Below, piece by piece: positions 28,180 to 37,336 of a stretch of 64,000 bases of DNA. The position numbers were made by a program, and so were the translations under genes. The notes beneath the pieces are model-generated. The model saw only the letters and a list, made by a program, of their open reading frames with translations, was not told where the DNA came from and did no database searches. The number at the start of each line of letters is the position of its first letter. Position 1 is the first letter of the stretch. The stretch comes from Candidatus Buchananbacteria bacterium RIFCSPHIGHO2_02_FULL_39_17 (lineage in GTDB: Bacteria; Patescibacteriota; Patescibacteriia; Buchananbacterales; UBA6539), in contig MHII01000012.1 of assembly GCA_001817425.1 (NCBI GenBank), forward strand, positions 77-64,076, read 5' to 3'.

Positions 28180-29640
28180 ATGAAAATTAATATCGATCCA
28201 AAAGCTGAATTATTTGAGTGGGGGCCAATTGACGGTAAGTTAATTTATACGGATTATTTTAACGTTGCTTTTACTGAATATGCTAATAAAGTTTTTATTA
28301 GTTGGCCTGATATTTTATGGATTGGGCTTAAAGAAAAGGTAACGTGTATTATTGACTATGCTGAATTGAGAAAAAGCGGTGAAAGGAATTTTAAGGCTTT
28401 TATCTTAAACGATAAAAAATTCAAAAATAATTTTATTTGGTGGCAGAAGGCAGTAAAATCACTTTTAACTTTTCAAAAAAATATCAGTCAGAAATCATTA
28501 AAAAAAATGAGTCAAGAACAATTGGCCGACTGTTATGATCAATGGGCAAAATTATTTCTTGATTTTTGGACAATTGGCGAACTGCCAGAGCTAGCAGGTT
28601 GGGGTGGTGAGGTGATTTTAAAAAAGGCTTTAGAAAAATCAGTGCCAGAAAAATATCTCAGCACGGCTTTCGAAAAATTATTTGCCTTAGAAGAGCTTTC
28701 TTTTTACCAAAAATCGGAATTAGATTTATTAAAAATTGGCAAATTTTTGAATAATAAGTCAGTATTAGAAAACCAACTTGAGAATTATCAAAAAAATCAT
28801 TTTTGGATTTTAAATAGTTATTATCATACTAAAATTTTAAACAAAAATTATTTTAAAAATGAACTGCTTAATTATTCACCAAAGCTACGTAAAGAAAAAA
28901 TAGAGGAATTATCGGATTTGCCAAAAAAGGCAATGAAAGAAAAAAATAGAATTGCCAAAATATTTCAGCTAGATAAAAAAACTCTTAAAATAGCTAAACG
29001 CCTTAGTTTTTGTATGTGGTGGCAAGATTCGCGCAAGTTTTATATCTTTTTAGCTAATTATTATATTGATTTATTTTTAAAAGAATTTTCCAGTCGATTT
29101 AAAATTAATTTTGATGATTTACATTATTATAATTGTTACGAAATTTTAGATTTAGCTAAAAAAGGTAAAAAAATACCGACAACAGAAATCAAAAAACGTT
29201 ATAATAATTTGGTTGTTTATTACTCTAAAAATTATAACTCCTTAAAATATGTTTTTGGAAAAGAGGCGGCGGCAGTTACTTCAAAGTTTTTAAACGTTAA
29301 GGTTGATAAAAACATCGCCGAATTAAAAGGAGTGGTTGTGAGTCGTGGTCGCACTATTAAGGCTATAGTCAAGATCTTAACCAGCCCGTCTCAAGCTGAT
29401 AAGCTTAAGGAAGGCGAGATTTTAGTGGCGCCGATGACTTCCCCTGACTATATTTTGGCCATTAAAAAGGCCAGTGCCATTATTACCGATGTTGGTGGCA
29501 TGACTTCTCATGCCGCAGTGGTATCACGTGAATTAGGTATACCCTGTATTGCTGGAACAAAGATTGCCACAAAAGTTCTTAAAGATGGAGATTTGGTCGA
29601 GGTAAATACCAATAATGGAATAATCAAAAAATTAAAATAA
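28180..29640 (+). CDS. Protein with a large helical N-terminal domain and a C-terminal PEP-utilising phospho-His swivel domain
   Basis: GEILVAPMTSPD, ITDVGGMTSHAAVVSRELGIPC; no ATP-grasp domain. Confidence 0.85.
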   Translation: MKINIDPKAELFEWGPIDGKLIYTDYFNVAFTEYANKVFISWPDILWIGLKEKVTCIIDYAELRKSGERNFKAFILNDKKFKNNFIWWQKAVKSLLTFQKNISQKSLKKMSQEQLADCYDQWAKLFLDFWTIGELPELAGWGGEVILKKALEKSVPEKYLSTAFEKLFALEELSFYQKSELDLLKIGKFLNNKSVLENQLENYQKNHFWILNSYYHTKILNKNYFKNELLNYSPKLRKEKIEELSDLPKKAMKEKNRIAKIFQLDKKTLKIAKRLSFCMWWQDSRKFYIFLANYYIDLFLKEFSSRFKINFDDLHYYNCYEILDLAKKGKKIPTTEIKKRYNNLVVYYSKNYNSLKYVFGKEAAAVTSKFLNVKVDKNIAELKGVVVSRGRTIKAIVKILTSPSQADKLKEGEILVAPMTSPDYILAIKKASAIITDVGGMTSHAAVVSRELGIPCIAGTKIATKVLKDGDLVEVNTNNGIIKKLK

Positions 29641-29648
29641 TTAATGAT

Positions 29649-30491
29649 ATGAAAAAGTTAACTGATTTAATATTAAAAAAAGCTAAGAAACAAAGAAAAA
29701 GAATTGGTATTGGAATTATAAAAATTGATAATGAAATTTTAACCAGCTTAAACAAAGCAAAGAAAATAGTTGATGTGGTTATTTATGGCAGAAAAATTCC
29801 TGGTCTTAATTGTATAGAATTTTTCGACTACGGTAAGGCAGCTAGACAGATGGTCAAAGATTTCAAGGAAGAAAAAATTGATCAATTCGTTCGAGGTCAA
29901 TTTGATGATTTTTATGTTACTGATGAATTTAAAAGACAATTTAATATTAATCCAAGGGAGAAAAGAATTGACGTGAGTTTTATGGAGGATGCAAGTGGGT
30001 GGCAATTTTTTATAACTGGTATATCAAATCCTGACCTCAACGATTTAAAAGATAAAATCAGAGTAATTACTGGTTTAACCGGTTGGCTTAAGAAGCAATT
30101 TGATCTGGAATTAAAAGTAGCAGCGATGGCAACTTGCCGGCCCGGCAGTTATGGTAAAAATAAAGAAATGGATAAAACTTATGATGAAGCTGAGGCAGTA
30201 GCAAAATATTTGAAAAGAAGAAATATTAATACTAGAAATGTCAATATAGAAATAGAAGAAGCTAAAAAATGGGGAGCTAACCTTGTTTTACCGGCGAGGG
30301 GAATGATTGGTAATCAGATTTTTAGAACCATTTTGTATCTAGGCGGCGGCAAAAATTATTTTTGTCCAACGATTTTTTCGGGCAAAGGAGTTTATGCCGA
30401 CAATTCACGGAATGAAAAAGATTGGTTTTATCATTTAATTTTTGCCCAGTATTTGGCGAATTATAAAAATTATGAAAGACAATCGGATTAA
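29649..30491 (+). CDS. MtxX/Mmp4-like (phosphotransacetylase-fold) protein
   Basis: ID.FVRG, D.T.DEAE, I.IE.A, GNQIFRT..YLG.G, DNSR resemble the methanogenesis-marker MtxX family. Confidence 0.55.
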   Translation: MKKLTDLILKKAKKQRKRIGIGIIKIDNEILTSLNKAKKIVDVVIYGRKIPGLNCIEFFDYGKAARQMVKDFKEEKIDQFVRGQFDDFYVTDEFKRQFNINPREKRIDVSFMEDASGWQFFITGISNPDLNDLKDKIRVITGLTGWLKKQFDLELKVAAMATCRPGSYGKNKEMDKTYDEAEAVAKYLKRRNINTRNVNIEIEEAKKWGANLVLPARGMIGNQIFRTILYLGGGKNYFCPTIFSGKGVYADNSRNEKDWFYHLIFAQYLANYKNYERQSD

Positions 30492-30529
30492 ACTGATTAT
30501 TTTTGGCTCGCAATGACAAAATAAAAACT

Positions 30530-31477
30530 ATGTCCAAATTCATCAAGCCATTTTCTCAACTTTCCAAAACCGACGTGAAAATTGCTGGCGGCAAGGGTGC
30601 GTCTTTAGGTGAGATGACGCATGCCAAAATTCCAGTGCCGCCAGGCTTTGTTGTATTAGCCCAAGCTTTTGACCGGTTTTTAGCGGAAACTGATTTAGTC
30701 GTGGAAGTGGAAGCGAATTTAAACAAAATAAATTATAAAGACACAAATTCCATTAACAAAGCATCAAATGTGATTCGCGATTTGATTCATGACTCAAAAA
30801 TGCCGCTTGATTTGCAAAAAGAAATTTTAGCGGAATTTAAAAAATTAAAAGCGAAGCTTGTCGCCGTTCGATCATCAGCCACAGCCGAAGATTCCTCTCA
30901 AGCGAGCTGGGCCGGAGAATTAGAAACATTTTTAAACACGACTGAGAAAAATTTATTAGGCAAAGTCAAACAATGCTGGTCATCGCTTTTTACACCTCGC
31001 GCAATTTTTTATCGCTTTGAAAAAGGATTGCGTAATTCTAAAGTATCTGTGGCGGCGGTGGTCCAGCAAATGGTTGATTCAGAAATTTCCGGCATTGCTT
31101 TTACCGTTCATCCCGTGACTAAAACTAAAAGTCAAATGATCATTGAAGCTGGCTGGGGTTTGGGTGAAGCCATAGTCTCTGGCCAGATTACGCCAGACAG
31201 TTATGTCATTGATAAAACAGATTTTTCCATTTTGGATATTAATGTATCGCAGCAAACAAAAATGTTAGTCAAAAAAGGCTCGGCTGGCGGCAATGTCTGG
31301 AAGCCAGTGCCAAAAAATCAGCAAGAAGCTCAAGTGTTATCTGGCAAACAAATAATCGAGCTAGCCAAAATTTGTGCTGGCATTGAAAAACATTACAAAA
31401 AACCGCAAGACATTGAGTGGGCATTTGCTAAAGGTAAATTTTATATTACCCAAAGCAGGCCGATTACGACGCTTTAA
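30530..31477 (+). CDS. Stand-alone PEP synthase/PPDK N-terminal ATP-grasp domain
   Basis: GGKGASLGEM, VPPGF, AVRSSATAEDS, GLGEAIVSG, PQDIEWA, QSRPITT then stop. Confidence 0.9.
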   Translation: MSKFIKPFSQLSKTDVKIAGGKGASLGEMTHAKIPVPPGFVVLAQAFDRFLAETDLVVEVEANLNKINYKDTNSINKASNVIRDLIHDSKMPLDLQKEILAEFKKLKAKLVAVRSSATAEDSSQASWAGELETFLNTTEKNLLGKVKQCWSSLFTPRAIFYRFEKGLRNSKVSVAAVVQQMVDSEISGIAFTVHPVTKTKSQMIIEAGWGLGEAIVSGQITPDSYVIDKTDFSILDINVSQQTKMLVKKGSAGGNVWKPVPKNQQEAQVLSGKQIIELAKICAGIEKHYKKPQDIEWAFAKGKFYITQSRPITTL

Positions 31478-31483
31478 TGAAAA

Positions 31484-31535
31484 ATAACTTCCTCTTTCTC
31501 CCCCTTAAATTAAGGGGGGGGGTGAGAGGGGGTTA
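31484..31535. repeat. Collapsed single-palindrome copy of the DUF559-type element
   Basis: ATAACTTCCTCT..CTCCCCCTTA-AAT-TAAGGGGGGG..GAGAGGGGGTTA. Confidence 0.7.
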
Positions 31536-31544
31536 AATTTCAAA

Positions 31545-31805
31545 ATGATAATTATGCAAAAAATTTGGCGGAAAAATTTTGAAATTCAGCGGAGTCATCC
31601 GCTTTTAGCTTATGATGCGCTGAAAGTGTGTTATGAATATGGCACGATTCTGCTTGGCCGCAAATTTTTTACTGAAATATTTTGGGTTAACGAAGGAGTT
31701 AATAATACCGGTACTTATTTTATTAAGAGCGAATTAAGAAAAGCTGCGGAATTGACTTTAAAAAAAATTATCCATCATTCGGGGTTGGTGAAAAAAATAA
31801 ATTAA
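31545..31805 (+). pseudogene. Probable truncated gene remnant
   Basis: 86-aa ORF ending abruptly in the 9-mer array at 31801-31855. Confidence 0.4.
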
Positions 31806-31855
31806 GCAAAATAAGTTTTAAGCAAGATAAGCGAGATAAGCAAATCAAGCTAATT

Positions 31856-32128
31856 ATGACCAAGAGATTGAATTTAAAAATACACGGATTAGTTCAGGGC
31901 GTTGGTTTTCGCTATTTAAGTCGGAAAGAAGCGGAAAAACGCGGTTTTACCGGTTCTGTCCATAATATAAGGGATGGCGGCGTGGAGATTGTCGCTGAGG
32001 GCGAAGAGACTGACTTGAAAAAATTTATTGACTGGTGCTACAATGGAGTTGGATCCGTTCAGGTTTCCAAAATAGATATTAACTGGTCCGAGGCGACTGG
32101 TGAATTCAGGGATTTTTTGATAAGATAA
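31856..32128 (+). CDS. acyP: Acylphosphatase
   Basis: GLVQGVGFR, G.V.N..DG.VE. Confidence 0.92.
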   Translation: MTKRLNLKIHGLVQGVGFRYLSRKEAEKRGFTGSVHNIRDGGVEIVAEGEETDLKKFIDWCYNGVGSVQVSKIDINWSEATGEFRDFLIR

Positions 32129-32139
32129 CGTAGATAATC

Positions 32140-32595
32140 ATGAGAAAGATTATGAAAGTAATTTTATTAAAAAATGTTTCAAATCTTGGAGAAGAAAACG
32201 AGATTAAAGAGGTGGCCATGGGCTATGCTCGTAATTTTTTATTTCCCCAAAATTTAGCAATTGAGGCGACGCCACAAGCCCTGGCTCAATTAGAAGAAAA
32301 AAAAGCTAAACAGGAAAAAGAGGCCGAGGCGGATTTAGCCGCCGCCGAAGCTTTAGCCCAAAAGATTGACGGTGAAAGTTTTGAAATTAAAGTTAAAGCG
32401 AGCGGAGCCGGGACTTTATATGCGGCGATTGCTCCGGCGAAAATTGTTTCAATCTTAAAGGCCAAGGGTTTTTCAGTCAGGCCAAATCAAATTATTTTAA
32501 AAACAGCGATGAAAGAAGTCGGCGAATACGAAGCTTTAATCCAATTAGATCACGGCTTAGAAGCCAAAGTGACATTAATTGTTAGTACTGAATAA
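32140..32595 (+). CDS. rplI: 50S ribosomal protein L9
   Basis: MKVILL, LG, V..GYARNFL.P..LA. Confidence 0.93.
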   Translation: MRKIMKVILLKNVSNLGEENEIKEVAMGYARNFLFPQNLAIEATPQALAQLEEKKAKQEKEAEADLAAAEALAQKIDGESFEIKVKASGAGTLYAAIAPAKIVSILKAKGFSVRPNQIILKTAMKEVGEYEALIQLDHGLEAKVTLIVSTE

Positions 32596-32645
32596 TAGAG
32601 ATAAAAATTAGCTTTTTAGCTTCCTTAGCTTTTTAGGTAAAAAAT

Positions 32646-32683
32646 CTACAAGCTACAAGCTACAAGCTACAAGCTACAAGCTA
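32646..32683. repeat. Perfect heptamer array (CTACAAG)x5 just before the pyrG start
   Basis: Read directly; same unit at about 10677-10706 and inside murD and mutM. Confidence 0.9.
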
Positions 32684-32688
32684 AAACT

Positions 32689-34317
32689 ATGTCCAAATTT
32701 ATTTTTGTCATGGGCGGGGTGATGTCTGGAGTGGGTAAGGGCGTGACTGCCTCATCAATTGGTAAAATTCTTCAGGCCCGCGGTTACCAAGTGACAGCGA
32801 TCAAAATTGATCCATATATTAATGTTGACGCCGGCACCATGAATCCGACTGAACATGGTGAAGTTTTTGTGACTGAAGACGGCGATGAAACCGATCAAGA
32901 TATTGGCCATTATGAACGGTTTTTAAATACCAATATTTTGCGGGACAACTACATGACCACCGGTCGGGTTTATCAGTCAGTCATTGCTCGCGAAAGAAAT
33001 TTAGAATATGGCGGTAAATGCGTGGAAGTCGTGCCGCACATCCCCGAAGAAGTTATCGCCCGCATCAAAAAGGCCGGCACCAAAGCCAAGGCCGATATTA
33101 CCATCATTGAAATTGGCGGTACGGTTGGCGAGTACCAAAACATTTTGTTTTTAGAAGCGGCAAGAATGATGCATTACCGTACCCCGAAGGATGTTTTAAT
33201 AATTTTGGTGAGTTTTTTGCCGATTCCGGGCACTTTAGGCGAGATGAAAACCAAGCCGACCCAGTACGCGGTCCAGCAGCTAAATTCCGCCGGCATCCAG
33301 CCGGATTTTATTGTTTGCCGCTCGGCCAAGCCAATTGACGGCCCGCGGCGCAAAAAACTTTCAATTTTTTGCAACATCCATGAAACTGACGTGATTTCCA
33401 ATCCGGACGTTGATTCAATTTATGAAGTACCGTTGGTTTTAGAAAAAGAACGTTTGAGTGATAAAATTATCAAAAAACTTGAACTAAAAGCTAAAACTAA
33501 AGATTTGAAAGAATGGCAGAAAATGGTTCGGACATTAAAAACCGCCAGCAAAATAGTAAAGATTGGCATTGTGGGCAAATATTTTGCCACGGGCGATTTT
33601 ATTTTGCCTGATTCTTATATTTCTGTCATTGAATCCTTGAAACATGCCGCTTGTGCCGATAAAGTGAAACTAGTCATTGATTGGATTAATTCTGACGCCT
33701 ATGAGAAAAGTCCGTCCGCCGTTAAAGAGCTTAATGGTTATGATGGTATTGTCGTGCCCGGTGGTTTTGGCAGCCGAGGGGTTGAGGGAAAAATTTTAGC
33801 GATTAAATACGCTCGGGAAAATAAATTGCCGTTTTTGGGACTTTGCTACGGGATGCAGCTCGCCTCCATTGAATTTGCTCGAAACGTCGCCAAGCTGCCT
33901 GACGCTCACACGACCGAAATCAAGCCTAATGCTAAAAATCCGATTATTCATATTATGCCGGATCAGGCAGAAAAGTTAGCCCATAAAAATTATGGCAATA
34001 CCATGCGCTTGGGCGCTTATCCCTGTGTTTTAGATAAAGATTCCGTTAGTTTTAAGGCGTACGGTAAAAACCGGATTAGCGAGCGCCACCGTCATCGCTA
34101 TGAATTTAATAATGACTATCGAGCGCGCTTAACTAAAAAAGGTTTATTACTCGCCGGTCTTTCGCCAGACAAAAAATTAGTGGAAATTATTGAAATCAGC
34201 GGTCATCCATTTTTTGTTGGCACCCAGTTTCACCCGGAATTAAAATCGCGCCCGTTAGCGCCCCATCCACTATTTAAAGCGTTTATCGCCGCGGCCAAAG
34301 CAAGAATTAAGAATTGA
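32689..34317 (+). CDS. pyrG: CTP synthase
   Basis: GGVMSGVGKG, KIDPYINVDAGTM, KTKPTQ, GLCYGMQ, ERHRHRYE, QFHPE. Confidence 0.97.
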   Translation: MSKFIFVMGGVMSGVGKGVTASSIGKILQARGYQVTAIKIDPYINVDAGTMNPTEHGEVFVTEDGDETDQDIGHYERFLNTNILRDNYMTTGRVYQSVIARERNLEYGGKCVEVVPHIPEEVIARIKKAGTKAKADITIIEIGGTVGEYQNILFLEAARMMHYRTPKDVLIILVSFLPIPGTLGEMKTKPTQYAVQQLNSAGIQPDFIVCRSAKPIDGPRRKKLSIFCNIHETDVISNPDVDSIYEVPLVLEKERLSDKIIKKLELKAKTKDLKEWQKMVRTLKTASKIVKIGIVGKYFATGDFILPDSYISVIESLKHAACADKVKLVIDWINSDAYEKSPSAVKELNGYDGIVVPGGFGSRGVEGKILAIKYARENKLPFLGLCYGMQLASIEFARNVAKLPDAHTTEIKPNAKNPIIHIMPDQAEKLAHKNYGNTMRLGAYPCVLDKDSVSFKAYGKNRISERHRHRYEFNNDYRARLTKKGLLLAGLSPDKKLVEIIEISGHPFFVGTQFHPELKSRPLAPHPLFKAFIAAAKARIKN

Positions 34318-34335
34318 GATAAAATAATTTATAAC

Positions 34336-34365
34336 AGTAGAGACGCACAATTGTGCGTCTCTACT
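34336..34365. repeat. 30-bp perfect GTAG-type REP-like palindrome between convergent pyrG and rpmA
   Basis: AGTAGAGACGCACAA|TTGTGCGTCTCTACT. Confidence 0.8.
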
Positions 34366-34377
34366 TTGTTTTCATTA

Positions 34378-34662
34378 TTATTTTTTGGTCGGAATTATGT
34401 TAACAAATTGAGCCGGCTTAAGTTTGCCGGTGAATCTTTTGATTTTTTTTTGATTAAATTGAATAAAGCCGCCAATGGCAGCATAAAGCGTGTCATCAGT
34501 GCCTTTTTTAACATTTTTTCCCGGTCTGAATTTAGCGCCTCGTTGGCGAACTAAAATACTGCCCGCTTGAGCAAACTCACCGGCAAAAAGTTTAATGCCT
34601 AATCTTTGGGCTTGAGAATCGCGTCCCAGGGCGGTTGAGCCGCCGGCTTTTTTATGAGCCAT
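34378..34662 (-). CDS. rpmA: 50S ribosomal protein L27
   Basis: [31 protein letters not shown]. Confidence 0.96.
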   Translation of the reverse strand: MAHKKAGGSTALGRDSQAQRLGIKLFAGEFAQAGSILVRQRGAKFRPGKNVKKGTDDTLYAAIGGFIQFNQKKIKRFTGKLKPAQFVNIIPTKK

Positions 34663-34768
34663 ATTTAAAAAATTAAAAATTAAAATCTAAAATTTGAAAT
34701 ATGTTTTTAATATTATACCAAATCAACAAAATTGTCAAGAAGTTTTGATTAATATATACTGGAAAAGT

Positions 34769-35659
34769 ATGAAATTTAGATATTTTTTATTCATTTTAAC
34801 ATCATTTTTGTTATTAGCTGGTTGTCAATATATTAGTCGAGATAGGGCTAAAATAGAGCCAATAAGCCAAGATAGAGTAACACAGCAAGATAAGCGAGAT
34901 CAACCCACCTCTGCTGAAGCTTCGGTGGACAAGCAAGATAAGGCGCCAACTTCAGTGTCGACTTCTTTAACTCCGGTTTTAAATCAGCCTAATCAAAGAA
35001 ATTCTCAAGTAAAGACAGAAGAAGAAAAAGATCCAGTGCCGTCGGTAGAAATACCGGAATTATTAGTAAGTTTTTTAGACTATCCAGTGCCGTTTGCGCC
35101 GCAAGCGCCATATGGTGTTTGGGATGCTTTGCACCAAGAGGCCTGTGAAGAAGCGTCCATGATTATGGCAAAAGCTTATTTTAAAAACGAGAGTTTAAAT
35201 TCTCATTTAATGGAGCAAGAGATTTTAAATTTAATAAAGTGGGAGAAAGAAAATGGTTATCAAATTGATGTTTCTGCGGCAGAGGTAATAAAAATTTTGG
35301 GCGAATATTTTAGCCTTAAGGCAGAATTAGTCAGTGAGGTGACGGTGGAAAACATAAAAAGTCAGCTTCGGGCGGGAAAATTAATTATCGTGCCGGCGGC
35401 TGGCCGCAAATTAGGTAATCCTTATTTTCGTCAGCCCGGGCCGATTTACCATATGCTTTTGATTCGGGGTTTTGATGAAGCCAAAGGTGAATTTATTGTC
35501 AATGATCCTGGAACCAAACGGGGCGAAGCTTACCGCTATTCTTATCAAAAATTAATTTTGGCGGTTGCTGACTGGGATCACGAATTGGGCGGTGATGGTA
35601 TGTCGGAATTGGAGATGGCACAAGGCAGAAAAGTGATGATCGTGGTGAGTAAAAATTAG
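34769..35659 (+). CDS. Lipoprotein with C39-like cysteine peptidase domain
   Basis: Lipobox LAGC; QAP, CEEAS, H.L.I.G, NDPG; repeat-derived linker at 34884-34942. Confidence 0.8.
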   Translation: MKFRYFLFILTSFLLLAGCQYISRDRAKIEPISQDRVTQQDKRDQPTSAEASVDKQDKAPTSVSTSLTPVLNQPNQRNSQVKTEEEKDPVPSVEIPELLVSFLDYPVPFAPQAPYGVWDALHQEACEEASMIMAKAYFKNESLNSHLMEQEILNLIKWEKENGYQIDVSAAEVIKILGEYFSLKAELVSEVTVENIKSQLRAGKLIIVPAAGRKLGNPYFRQPGPIYHMLLIRGFDEAKGEFIVNDPGTKRGEAYRYSYQKLILAVADWDHELGGDGMSELEMAQGRKVMIVVSKN

Positions 35660-35698
35660 ATTTTTACATTTTTTTTAATTTTAAAAGTGAATAAAGTT

Positions 35699-35903
35699 TC
35701 GGTGGGCAGGGCATCAGACCCTGCCCACCGACCAAAGGAGTATCCTCCTTTGGAATCCTCTTATGATTAGTGTTCGCTCGCTACCGCTCGCTCACAGATT
35801 TTATTATTGACTCCGCCTCATCCCTGCGGCAGAGACCGCAGGGTATTCGGCGGATTTGCATAATAAAATAAGCGAAGTCTTTATCCTTCGCTTATTTTAT
35901 TAT
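35699..35903. other. Intergenic array of four strong hairpins (possible structured RNA or stacked elements); the last one is a likely terminator
   Basis: 13-bp, 9-bp, bulged and 18-bp perfect stems. Confidence 0.6.
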
Positions 35904-35915
35904 AATAATTTTTAA

Positions 35916-36242
35916 CTAGTTTGTTGGTGGAGCCAATTCAACTTTAAAGGTAATGGCAAAAGGGTTTTTAATTTCTGACCAACTGATATTTTTTTTGCTG
36001 GTTTTTGCTTCAATAGCGGCTAGGGCCTCATTAACTTTTTTTAAATCAATTGTATCGGGAGCGACTTCTTGTTTTAATAATATAATTTCTTTTGATTGGG
36101 CAATGGTTTGATAAAGATTATTATAGAGAAAATAGCCAAGCAACGTCAAAACGCCGATAATCATGATTAAAATTATCAAATAAATATACTTTAGAGAAAA
36201 AATAATTGGCGCAATTTTTATTTTTGGTAATTTTAATTTCAT
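35916..36242 (-). CDS. Pilus-operon membrane protein (PilP position)
   Basis: One TM, C-terminal NPF, last gene after pilMNO. Confidence 0.55.
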   Translation of the reverse strand: MKLKLPKIKIAPIIFSLKYIYLIILIMIIGVLTLLGYFLYNNLYQTIAQSKEIILLKQEVAPDTIDLKKVNEALAAIEAKTSKKNISWSEIKNPFAITFKVELAPPTN

Positions 36243-36245
36243 AAA

Positions 36246-36809
36246 TTAATTTTTGGTGGTAGTTTTTGAGAGAGAATAAATTTCTCCCGCCAGATTAGTA
36301 TTGATTATTTCCGGATTATTTCTATTAGCTGATTGGTTGCTAAAAGTGATGGCGGAAACATTAAAATAATATTTAAGGTTTTGTAAATCGCTTAAGTATT
36401 TTAAAGTATTAAGAAAACTACCTGTGGCATTAAGGGTCAAGGGGAGTGGTGAATAAAACTTTTTTTCCAAAGTTTTGTCTTGAGTGGGCTGAAGCTTAAT
36501 TATTTGGCTTAAGCCGTTTGCCGCGGCCACCCGCTCCAAAGCCGTAATAAATTCTAATTCTTCTCCTTCTTTAATGAAAGCGGCAGCCAATTTTTCTTGC
36601 TGGGGTTTAATTTTTTCGAAATCTTGAATAGTTTTTTTGAGGAGTTGCCCTCGAAGATATTTTTTTTCTAAATCAACTCTTTCCTGATAGACGGCATCAC
36701 TAATTTTTTTAATATCCCGGATTGTTGGTAAAATGATAAAATAAACAACAATAAAGGTAACACTTAAAACAGCGGCAACGGAAATAATTATTTTTCTTTT
36801 AACGCTCAT
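36246..36809 (-). CDS. pilO: Type IV pilus protein PilO-like
   Basis: TM plus coiled coil plus G.F...L.YL..L; gene order. Confidence 0.65.
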   Translation of the reverse strand: MSVKRKIIISVAAVLSVTFIVVYFIILPTIRDIKKISDAVYQERVDLEKKYLRGQLLKKTIQDFEKIKPQQEKLAAAFIKEGEELEFITALERVAAANGLSQIIKLQPTQDKTLEKKFYSPLPLTLNATGSFLNTLKYLSDLQNLKYYFNVSAITFSNQSANRNNPEIINTNLAGEIYSLSKTTTKN

Positions 36810-36811
36810 AA

Positions 36812-37336
36812 CTACGGTTTAATATTAATTGTTGCCTTAAAAGTAAAGTCGACATTGTCTTTTTTGAGCAAATTCTCTAAGGGGATGGCGACTTCCGCGA
36901 AAAGATTTGATTCTTCAAAATTTTCTTTTAACTGAATGAGATTTTGGCGAGTTTTGGCTAAACCCGTAATTAAAATTTTATTGTCTTTAATACTTAAATT
37001 GTATAAGCCAACATCAGCGGGGATGAGCTGGTTTAATTGTATAAAAAATTCTACCCAATCATGATAATTTTTCTGGATACTAATAACGGCACCGAGGTCT
37101 TGATTAAATTCTTTAATATCTTTATTAAAAATATTGGCATAACGGGTGGTCATTGTTGTTTGCGCAACGATTTGATTAAAATGGTTTTGCAGAATTAATT
37201 TAGTCATCAATAAAGCAATCGCGATAATAATTGTGATTAAAAGAATTAAGATGATTAAATCTTTAATCATCAGGTAAAGTTGGGTGAGGTGAAATTCTTG
37301 TTTTTTTACCGGTGGCAATAAATTAAGAGTGATCAT
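36812..37336 (-). CDS. pilN: Type IV pilus protein PilN-like
   Basis: INLLP-type N-terminus, TM, ITG.A..R. Confidence 0.75.
   Translation of the reverse strand: MITLNLLPPVKKQEFHLTQLYLMIKDLIILILLITIIIAIALLMTKLILQNHFNQIVAQTTMTTRYANIFNKDIKEFNQDLGAVISIQKNYHDWVEFFIQLNQLIPADVGLYNLSIKDNKILITGLAKTRQNLIQLKENFEESNLFAEVAIPLENLLKKDNVDFTFKATINIKP

Noticed and set aside
30530-31805. Frameshifted full-length ppsA
   Set aside because: The ATP-grasp gene ends cleanly at QSRPITTL* and the following ORF shows no swivel or barrel motifs.
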